NCBI GenBank assembly: GCA_965203955.1
Contig: OZ241923.1
Coordinates: 2,888,313 to 2,952,312 of the forward strand
DNA length: 64,000 nucleotides
DNA from: Dehalococcoidia bacterium
Lineage (GTDB): Bacteria > Chloroflexota > Dehalococcoidia > Lucifugimonadales > JADFKI01
Direction of reading: 5' to 3'
In this document: piece by piece, positions 28,813-36,116 of the stretch
How positions within the stretch are numbered: the stretch's first letter is position 1
Layout of the letters: every line of letters starts with the position of its first letter
The notes under the pieces: generated by a model
What the model saw: the letters and a program-made list of their open reading frames with translations, nothing else
What the model was told of the DNA's origin: nothing
Database searches by the model: none
Made by a program: the position numbers and the translations under genes

Positions 28813-30080
28813 GTCGCTTCCCCGTGGGAATTCATAGCAGCGAATCGCCTCTCATGTCGCTGCTCTGCGAACTCCGGACCCTCGAACGTGTCTCCTATCT
28901 CATAAAGCAGTACGCCGTCCGGCATCTTCGGGCAGGGCTCGTCCCCGACGTACACTACCACGATCTTATAACCGTGGGCGCGCATGTTTTCGAGGATCTG
29001 GGGAAGTTCTTCCGCGACAAGTGAAAGGATGACGACTACGGTCGATCCAAGAGGAAACCGGCGCCACTGCTGTCCCAGCTGCCCAGCGATCGAGCCCATC
29101 GGCAGTGGACGAACGGAAGCAAGAGCTTCCAGAATAATCGTCAGCTGCTCAGTTGACTGACTCGGAGCTATCTTCATTGGTCTGTCCGCCAGCACTGGTG
29201 TACCGTTGGAAAACAACCCCAAACTGTACTGACGCTCGGCTGCATAGACGGCCAGAGAAGCTGCGGCAGTGATTATTCGTTCAAGATGAACTGCTGAATA
29301 GCCTTCCCATGTGTGGGCCATAGTATCGACTGCGACTGCAAGTAGGACAGTCATTGACGAACTGGGTTCAAAAGTCCGCACTTGCAGCTCCTGCATCCGT
29401 GCGGTGGCCTTCCAATCCACTGTTTTCAGAGGATCGCCGGTTTGGTAGTCACGCAGACCCATGGGTCGTGACATATCCTCGAATATGCGTATGCCGCCGC
29501 GGGTCTCTCCTAAGGGCCGCGCTGAGGGAATGCCGATTTCGGGCAGCGATACGATCCGAGGGTACACCAGCACATAGTCGCGATCTTGCGAGTCCCTTTC
29601 GCTGCTGAAGAATCCAAAGAGATCGCCACTACGGAGCGTCGAGGGGCCAACTCGGAAGAAACCGCGCCGACTACACTGAAATTCGTAAGTCCATCGCACA
29701 CGCTCATACCACGACATCGACGTTGAATGTCTTAGCGTCTGACCTTCAGGATTCGGACTGCCTACGACATCTGCACCTTCCATGCTCATACATGCTGGCA
29801 CGTCATCTTCCACTCGCACACGACCTAGTGGAAGAGGCTTGCGATTAGTCAGCGTAATGGAAAGTGTTGCCTTCTCGCCGATAAACACACGCTGTTGCGA
29901 GAATTCGCGCTCGTATGTCAGATCTTCCAGAGAGGCCCTGTTCCAGATGCGCGCTGTGCCGACGATGAGCAACCCCATAACGCTGAAGCCGATGAGCAGG
30001 CCTTCTCCCGCGAAGATGCCGATGAAGATCAGCACCACGAATATGAGAATCCAAAGCTCTTGCCACATCTGGCTCAGCAT
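28809..30080 (-). CDS. DUF58 (vWA-like) protein
   Basis: N-terminal TM pair and an RDYQTGDPLKTVDWKATAR signature. Confidence 0.85.
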   Translation of the reverse strand: MLSQMWQELWILIFVVLIFIGIFAGEGLLIGFSVMGLLIVGTARIWNRASLEDLTYEREFSQQRVFIGEKATLSITLTNRKPLPLGRVRVEDDVPACMSMEGADVVGSPNPEGQTLRHSTSMSWYERVRWTYEFQCSRRGFFRVGPSTLRSGDLFGFFSSERDSQDRDYVLVYPRIVSLPEIGIPSARPLGETRGGIRIFEDMSRPMGLRDYQTGDPLKTVDWKATARMQELQVRTFEPSSSMTVLLAVAVDTMAHTWEGYSAVHLERIITAAASLAVYAAERQYSLGLFSNGTPVLADRPMKIAPSQSTEQLTIILEALASVRPLPMGSIAGQLGQQWRRFPLGSTVVVILSLVAEELPQILENMRAHGYKIVVVYVGDEPCPKMPDGVLLYEIGDTFEGPEFAEQRHERRFAAMNSHGEAT

Positions 30081-30086
30081 CGGCCG

Positions 30087-31046
30087 CTACCTTTCGATAG
30101 GCACAGGTATGCCTGCCAGAATGTCCCTTACTATCTGGCCAGCCGTTCGGCCTCGGAGTCGCGCATTGGATGCGACGATGAGGCGGTGAGACAAGACCGG
30201 CAAGGCGAGGGTCTTAACATCATCCGGCAGAACGAAATCTCGCCCCTCCAACGCAGCCCGAGCCTGACTTGCCTTGTAGAGAGCGAGGCCGGCGCGCGGG
30301 CTTGCACCGAGAGTCAGCGACTGATTAGTGCGCGAGGCTTGTAGAATTTCAACAATGTACTGCCGTAATGTATCTTCAACGAGGACTCTGTTTACCAGGG
30401 ATTGCATCTCGGCAAGCTCTTCCGCATCAGCAACGGCATCCACTTCCGGCGGCTCTGTCTCGCGCTCGAAGCGGAGAAGGATGTCGGACTCCTCTTCAGG
30501 AGTCGGATACCCTAGCCTGATACGCAGCATGAATCTGTCGAGCTGAGCCTCGGGCAGCGGGAACGTTCCCTCCATTTCGATGGGGTTCTGCGTCGCCATA
30601 ACGAGGAACGGTTCAGGAAGCCGACGAGTTTCTCCGTCAACTGTAGCTTGTTGCTCCTGCATGGCCTCCAAGAGCGAGGACTGCGTGCGCGGCGTTGCTC
30701 GGTTTATTTCGTCCGCGAGAAGCATCTGGCTAAATATCGGACCCTGACGAAACTCGAAATCGCTAGTGCGTTGGTTATAGAAGTTGACCCCTAATACATC
30801 AGTTGGCATGAGGTCCGGCGTAAACTGGATTCGCTTGAAGGTGCACCGCAGCGACTGCGCCAGAGCCTTAGCGAGCGTAGTCTTACCAATGCCGGGGGCG
30901 TCTTCCACCAGAATGTGCCCTCGGCAGAGCAGGGCGATAATTGCCAGATTGATTGCGTCGTCCTTGCCTACGATGACGCGCTGCACATTCTCTCGTATGC
31001 GCCCCGCCATTTGCTGGACGTTTTCTACTGCGATTGTTTCAGTCAA
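30087..31046 (-). CDS. MoxR-family AAA+ ATPase
   Basis: Walker A (APGIGKT), LLADEINRA, and an ATQNP sensor block. Confidence 0.92.
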   Translation of the reverse strand: MTETIAVENVQQMAGRIRENVQRVIVGKDDAINLAIIALLCRGHILVEDAPGIGKTTLAKALAQSLRCTFKRIQFTPDLMPTDVLGVNFYNQRTSDFEFRQGPIFSQMLLADEINRATPRTQSSLLEAMQEQQATVDGETRRLPEPFLVMATQNPIEMEGTFPLPEAQLDRFMLRIRLGYPTPEEESDILLRFERETEPPEVDAVADAEELAEMQSLVNRVLVEDTLRQYIVEILQASRTNQSLTLGASPRAGLALYKASQARAALEGRDFVLPDDVKTLALPVLSHRLIVASNARLRGRTAGQIVRDILAGIPVPIER

Positions 31047-31283
31047 CTGCTCCCTCGCTTGCGTTGGCGATAAATAGAATTCAGAGGACGCGTTGGGGCG
31101 ATTGATCGTTCGCCTGTGGCAGATTGCGGTAAGTATAATGCACGCAACGACAATCCACTAGCCGAACGCAGGAATTACTGGTTTATGCTCCTGCTATGCG
31201 ATATATTTGTAACAATATCGTCTTTGAAATCTCTTTCTGATGCGGCGGCTAAATCCTCTGAGCCGATGCTTCGATTTGCTTGA

Positions 31284-31354
31284 TGCCCGGTGGTGTAGTG
31301 GTAGCACAAAGGACTTTGGATCCTTTGACCGAGGTTCGAATCCTCGCCGGGCAG
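31284..31354 (+). tRNA. tRNA-Gln (anticodon UUG)
   Basis: Hand-folded cloverleaf: acceptor TGCCCGG/CCGGGCA (U1-A72), anticodon loop CTTTGGA, T-loop TTCGAAT, discriminator G. No CCA is encoded. Confidence 0.9.
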
Positions 31355-31480
31355 CTCACTCACACCAGCCATCTTTGCAGACTGCCCCTTTGGTGGCACT
31401 ACCCTTGCTGGGCGGCAAGTCGGTACTTCAAAGCGTCTGACGTGGGCGAAAACTCGGAGGGGGTGGCGGGAATGGGATAG

Positions 31481-31557
31481 TGGCAGGAGCGGCAGGATTC
31501 GAACCCGCGACACTCGGTTTTGGAGACCGATGCTCTACCAAGCTGAGCTACGCTCCT
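31481..31557 (-). tRNA. tRNA-Trp (anticodon CCA), with CCA encoded
   Basis: Acceptor AGGAGCG/CGCTCCT, D-arm GCTCAGCTTGGTAGAGC, anticodon loop CTCCAAA, T-loop TTCGAAT, discriminator G followed by CCA. Confidence 0.92.
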
Positions 31558-31573
31558 GCGCCGAACGGATATA

Positions 31574-31602
31574 ATTTTAGCGGCTGAGCGACGGTGGGTC
31601 AA
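31574..31602 (-). promoter_or_regulatory. Sigma70-like promoter upstream of tRNA-Trp
   Basis: On the minus strand: TTGACC, then 17 nt, then TAAAAT. The predicted start is about 10 nt before the tRNA 5' end. Confidence 0.45.
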
Positions 31603-31654
31603 ACTGGAATCGGAAAGACTGAACGTCTCTTGAGCGCTGCCTCCGCACTTGCCG

Positions 31655-32022
31655 GACACCAAGGAGGCCTGTAAGCCGAGTTTTGTACCCGACGCGCCAG
31701 CATCGGGTGGCGACCATCTATCTAGCCGCGACGTTGCCGTCTCGGTCTTGCGGCCAACCCGGGGAAGGGCGGGCACCCGTTATCCCCCTATTAGGCCTTG
31801 CTCCGGATGGGGTTTGCCTTGCCCCCGATGTTACCATCGAAGCGGTGCGCTCTTACCGCACCTTTTCACCCTTACCTCGACTTCAGTCGGGGCGGTGTGT
31901 TTCTGTGGCACTGTCCGTCGGGTCGCCCCGCCCCGCAGTTAGCGGGCATCCTGCCCGGTGGAGCTCGGACTTTCCTCTCTTTCGTCTTTCAGACGCAACA
32001 GCGGTCGCCCAGCCTCCTTGGT
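31655..32022 (-). ncRNA. rnpB: RNase P RNA, bacterial type A
   Basis: The minus strand contains GAGGAAAGTCCGAGCTCCAC (CR-I) and ACAAAACTCGGCTTACAG (CR-V). The 5' CCAAGGAGGC pairs with the 3' GCCTCCTTGG (P1). Ends are approximate. Confidence 0.9.
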
Positions 32023-32029
32023 AGCACTC

Positions 32030-32038
32030 ATTGTAACA
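32030..32038 (-). promoter_or_regulatory. Extended -10 promoter element for rnpB
   Basis: On the minus strand, TGtTACAAT lies 7-8 nt upstream of the predicted P1 5' end. Confidence 0.4.
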
Positions 32039-32203
32039 TCGCCGAGGTATTGGGGCGGCGATTGACCGCAGCCAATCCTGCGAATTGATCCTTTTTGTGG
32101 AATCCCTTGGCCTCAAGAGGTCGCCGGGAAAGGGGGAAAGACTCCGCTCCGAAATGACTCCGGCCAATGGCATCCTATCTTGATAGGAAAGTAGGAAGGT
32201 AAC

Positions 32204-33604
32204 CTAGGTTACCACTTCGACCGAATCGTCGCTTACGATGATCTTTGTCACATGAAGCTGCAAGAACGCCTGCTGGTCCTCAAACCCCAGCGAATCCCAG
32301 TTTTCGATCGTGTCTTCAACATCCCAGTGTCGGTCCCAGGACGCCGCACCCGTTCTGGCATGGTCCAACTGTTTCAGGTGGTCTTGAACCGCTCCCAAAC
32401 CGAACTCGCCCCTTGCCGCCCGCTTTAGATTCAGCAAGAATCGACGTTCGGCATTCTTTATTCGTTTGTCCCACATTGCCTGCAATCGGTCGCGACTCCG
32501 CCCTGCGACGGCCACGCTGCCCTCGGTTGAGTCTTTCCCGGACAGGGTATCCCTGATCTGCGAGAGCACCGCGGACTCAAGGACGCCGGCCCGCCACGTA
32601 TGATAGCCGCACAGACTCTGGTTGTTCCGGCTCTGGCACTGATAATAGCGGTAAATGCCTCGTGCGCTGTTGCCGTCCTTCCGCTTCCATGACTGCCTGC
32701 GAGTTACACCCATCATCTTGTTGGAGCAGTAGCCGCACTCGGCCAGCCCCGACAATAAGAAGGGCTCCGTGCTGACTGACCTTGACGAAGGTCGTCTTGC
32801 CTTCGTCTGATCTTGCGCCATTCGGTATGTCTTTGGGCTTATGATCGCTTCATGTGCTTTTGGAAGCCGAAGGCCAAATCGGTAGTACGTCCCGGTGTAA
32901 GTAGGGTTTCGGAGGATGTCCCGGATGGTCACCATGTTCCAGCGTCCACCGCGCCTCGTCTTGATGTCCCGCTCATTCAGGTATTGCGCAATCAGCCGAA
33001 GTCCTAGCCCTTCGTTTACGTACCTGTCGTAAATGAGCCTGACGATCGAAGCTTCATCTTCGATTACTTCGAGATTGCCGTCACTGCTATTGCGGTAGCC
33101 AAATGGAGGCTTGCCTAGCCCCTTGCCTAGCATTGCTCTCCGGCGCATCGAATCTTTGATGCGCTCGCTTCGCTCTTTGGAGACCCCCGCAGGTCCCATT
33201 GAATCAAGTGCATTCTGAAGGGGATCAGGGATTTCATCGTCTTCGCAGATCACTTTACAACCCGTTGCCTCGATCTCGATGATCGTGCGAATAACTTCTT
33301 CCAGGTCTTTACCGAGATGCGTTGTGTCCGGCACGACAACCAGGTAATTGCTGTGCGAGTTCACGATGTGCTCAAGCATGCGACCATATTCCGGCAGCCT
33401 GTGCCCCGAACCGCCGTTGCCGTTGCTCTTGCCATTGCCGTTGTTTCCCCAGTGGGATAGCTCCCCAGCGGAGGGCACATCGCCGAAGATGGCTACCGGC
33501 TGATGCAGGTAGCGCTCGCAGTACCGCTCAAAACGCTCTTGGTGTTCCCCGACGGCTTCTTCACTATCTTCATTTTTCAGTCTGTAATATCCTATTGCGC
33601 GCAT
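32204..33604 (-). CDS. Large serine recombinase homologue (resolvase N-domain + recombinase domain + zinc ribbon + coiled coil), with catalytic residues apparently substituted
   Basis: The recombinase domain (GKPPFGYR...RWNMVTIRDILRNPTYTG) and Cys-rich ribbon (CGYC...YYQC...C) are clear. The N-terminus reads IGYYRLKNEDS where YARVSTDEQ is expected, and PDTTHLGKD where DRLSR is expected. The start ATG at 33604 lies 8 nt after the upstream stop. Confidence 0.8.
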   Translation of the reverse strand: MRAIGYYRLKNEDSEEAVGEHQERFERYCERYLHQPVAIFGDVPSAGELSHWGNNGNGKSNGNGGSGHRLPEYGRMLEHIVNSHSNYLVVVPDTTHLGKDLEEVIRTIIEIEATGCKVICEDDEIPDPLQNALDSMGPAGVSKERSERIKDSMRRRAMLGKGLGKPPFGYRNSSDGNLEVIEDEASIVRLIYDRYVNEGLGLRLIAQYLNERDIKTRRGGRWNMVTIRDILRNPTYTGTYYRFGLRLPKAHEAIISPKTYRMAQDQTKARRPSSRSVSTEPFLLSGLAECGYCSNKMMGVTRRQSWKRKDGNSARGIYRYYQCQSRNNQSLCGYHTWRAGVLESAVLSQIRDTLSGKDSTEGSVAVAGRSRDRLQAMWDKRIKNAERRFLLNLKRAARGEFGLGAVQDHLKQLDHARTGAASWDRHWDVEDTIENWDSLGFEDQQAFLQLHVTKIIVSDDSVEVVT

Positions 33605-33611
33605 GGTAATC

Positions 33612-34394
33612 TCATTCCACGTAAAGTATGCGCCGACAATTGTTACATTGGACAAGCGGGTCGCCGCCTCTGAGTCGTTGCGAATCCGAAGTGGGCAGCG
33701 CCACGCGGCAGATTCCGCAGATCTCCCTGCCTCTTGCAAGTTCCACTTTGCTCACGGCTTGCCCGCCGCGACTCGCCAGTAATGTTTCGTAAGTCGAGAG
33801 CATCTGTGGCGGGAACAGAGGCAGCATTTCAGCTCGCCTTAGTTCGAGAGCGTCAAGCTCGGCAACTAATGTCTGCTCCTGTATTCTAAGTTGTGGCACT
33901 CGCTCTCTTCGCTGTTCCTCAAGTGCTTGAAAAGCAGACCTTGCCGCCGCCAATTCTTCCTCTAGCTCCTCCGTCTCTACCATTCGCTCTAGAAGTACGT
34001 CCTCCGCCTCTGAAATTTGGCGACCTAGTTTTGCCTGTTCTTCCTGGAATGCCTCCAGTTCGCGAGGATTAGTGACAGCGCCGCTGTAGAGCCGTTCCTG
34101 CACAGACTCTGCTCTGGCTTCAAGTTGTTCTACTATGAGCTGGGCGTCGCGGCGTAACGCGCTTCGGTTTGTGTGGTGGGCGTCAACCTGTGCGAGTCGC
34201 TGCTGGGCGCGGCGCAGGCTGGATTCGTCGGCAAGTTCGGCCCGCACCGTACTTAGCGCCTGCTGCTTCTCGACTCTCACGAGATCAAGTTCCTGAAGAT
34301 TGTAGAGTTCTTTGAGCGACAATCTGACCAGCCAAAAGGATATTCCGTTAGTTTGTACTAATATATGCAGGTGTTCCATTGAGCGTATAGGCAA
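33612..34394 (-). CDS. Coiled-coil protein with a C-terminal zinc ribbon (COG1579/DUF164-like)
   Basis: A long heptad-rich region followed by CGICRVALP...CNNCRRILY. The exact start is uncertain. Confidence 0.7.
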   Translation of the reverse strand: MPIRSMEHLHILVQTNGISFWLVRLSLKELYNLQELDLVRVEKQQALSTVRAELADESSLRRAQQRLAQVDAHHTNRSALRRDAQLIVEQLEARAESVQERLYSGAVTNPRELEAFQEEQAKLGRQISEAEDVLLERMVETEELEEELAAARSAFQALEEQRRERVPQLRIQEQTLVAELDALELRRAEMLPLFPPQMLSTYETLLASRGGQAVSKVELARGREICGICRVALPTSDSQRLRGGDPLVQCNNCRRILYVE

Positions 34395-34457
34395 GTACAG
34401 TTCACATTTGGCTTTTTTGGCACACTCATGTGTAATATGGTTCGCAATAATATCTGG

Positions 34458-34485
34458 TTAACATTTGCTTAACAATCTGTTAACA
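34458..34485. promoter_or_regulatory. Three TTAACA boxes phased at exactly 11 bp in a divergent intergenic region
   Basis: TTAACA occurs at 34458, 34469 and 34480. Boxes 1 and 3 lie within GTTAAC palindromes. The site sits between the COG1579-like gene and pyk. Confidence 0.35.
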
Positions 34486-34545
34486 ATGGAGTTGGTCGGT
34501 TTGATACGATGAATCAATCCACTTCTTTTGGAGGTTCTGCTTAGT

Positions 34546-36018
34546 ATGGTCTCTTCCAATATCGGCTGGAGAAACCGTAAGACTAAGATTATCTGCACGC
34601 TTGCCCGTGAGCCAGAGCCAGGAAACGATGGCATTCCGAAGGAAATTGTCTCCGAGGAGATAATTGAGAGATTAGCGCTATTGGGCATGAACGTCGCTCG
34701 TATCAATATGTCCCACGGCGACGTTGAGGAGCATGCAACCGTCATTAGTCGAGTAAGGCGCGTGGCGAGACGCTTCGGCATCCCCGTCGCCATTTTGATA
34801 GATACACCCGGGCCAGAGTACCGGACTAGGGAAACTACGCCGGAGCGATTCATGCTTGAAAAAGGAGACATGATCACGCTCACCAGTCGCAACATCGACG
34901 GCAATCAGTCCGTCGTGTCAGTCGCTCCGCCCGGCATTCACCGCGATGCCGCTGTGGGAGGATCTATCTTGCTCGGAGATGGCGAAGTAAGACTCATAGT
35001 GCGGCAAATGCAAGGTGAAGATGTGCGCTGCGTCGTGGATATTGGCGGAGTCGTCACTGAGCGCCGCAGCGTAACCATGCCGGGCCGGCAGATTTCGCTG
35101 GACTTTCTCGATGATGAAGGCAAAGCAGTTCTTGCGTTCGCAGCTGAACAACAGGCTGAATTCGTTGCTCTGTCCTTTGTCAACAGCGAAGAGGATGTGC
35201 AGACTGCGAGAGAATTTCTGGGCGAAAAAGGCACCAGTCCTCAGATAGTCTCCAAAATCGAGACCAGAAAAGCCGTCGATAACTTCGACGATATTCTTAA
35301 TGCGAGCGACGCGATCATGGTTGCGCGCGGCGACTTGGGGGTCAATCGACCCTTAAGGGAAATCCCCCTCATACAGGAGGACATTATTACCAAGAGCAAT
35401 GCCGCGGGAAAGCCTGTGATTACCGCTACGCAAATGCTGGAATCCCTGATGCGCTCGGAGGTTGCAACTCGCCCCGAGATGACAGACATTTACAATGCCA
35501 TCCGCGACGGCACTGATGCTCTGATGCTGTCTGGCGAGACTGCCGTCGGGTGGTATCCGAGAGGCGCCGTGAATACTATGAGTGAGGCGGCTACGCTATA
35601 TGAGGATGCGCTTCCGTATGAGGACAAGTCGGACCTGACGGTGCGCCTACGCACAGATGACGCTATCGCCTACGCAGCAGCTCGCACGGCGTACCAGATC
35701 AACGCTAAACTTATCGTAGTGTTCACGGAGAGCGGCAGTTCTGCGACTCGCGTCTCCAAGTACCGTCCCAAGTCTGGGATTCTCGCGCTAACGCCTGATG
35801 AGCGTACCTGCCGTCAACTCACGCTCAGCTGGGGGGTTACACCTGTGACAGTCGCCCGGCCGAAATCCGGGGACGACATTTTTGAAATCGCAATGAAACA
35901 GGCGCGGAGAATTGGGGGCGTGATGCCCGGGGACTCCATAGTTATAGTAGCCGGCCTGCCGATGGGTACGCGAGGCAGCACAAATCTGCTTCGCGTCGCG
36001 ACAATTGGCGGAGGGTGA
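34546..36018 (+). CDS. pyk: Pyruvate kinase
   Basis: KTKIICT, MNVARINMSHG, MVARGDLGV and ATQMLESM blocks. The ATG at 34546 lies 11 nt after GGAGG. Confidence 0.93.
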   Translation: MVSSNIGWRNRKTKIICTLAREPEPGNDGIPKEIVSEEIIERLALLGMNVARINMSHGDVEEHATVISRVRRVARRFGIPVAILIDTPGPEYRTRETTPERFMLEKGDMITLTSRNIDGNQSVVSVAPPGIHRDAAVGGSILLGDGEVRLIVRQMQGEDVRCVVDIGGVVTERRSVTMPGRQISLDFLDDEGKAVLAFAAEQQAEFVALSFVNSEEDVQTAREFLGEKGTSPQIVSKIETRKAVDNFDDILNASDAIMVARGDLGVNRPLREIPLIQEDIITKSNAAGKPVITATQMLESLMRSEVATRPEMTDIYNAIRDGTDALMLSGETAVGWYPRGAVNTMSEAATLYEDALPYEDKSDLTVRLRTDDAIAYAAARTAYQINAKLIVVFTESGSSATRVSKYRPKSGILALTPDERTCRQLTLSWGVTPVTVARPKSGDDIFEIAMKQARRIGGVMPGDSIVIVAGLPMGTRGSTNLLRVATIGGG

Positions 36019-36116
36019 ATTTTGGAGTCGCTGCCCTCCGTTAGACAATCCCAGAGCGCCAATGTACAATCCAATACAAGATAGACTGCTAAGCTAAGTG
36101 GGTTGGGAGTAGGCAA

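Noticed and set aside
31175-32173. Several 66-125 aa ORFs on both strands.
   Set aside because: They overlap tRNA-Gln, tRNA-Trp and the RNase P RNA, whose conserved sequence and structure elements explain the region.
31284-34394. An integrated mobile element or prophage at the tRNA/rnpB locus, carried by the serine recombinase.
   Set aside because: There are no cargo genes, since both flanks are housekeeping. I could find no repeat of the tRNA 3' end. The recombinase appears to lack its catalytic Ser. It is reported instead as a probable domesticated protein.
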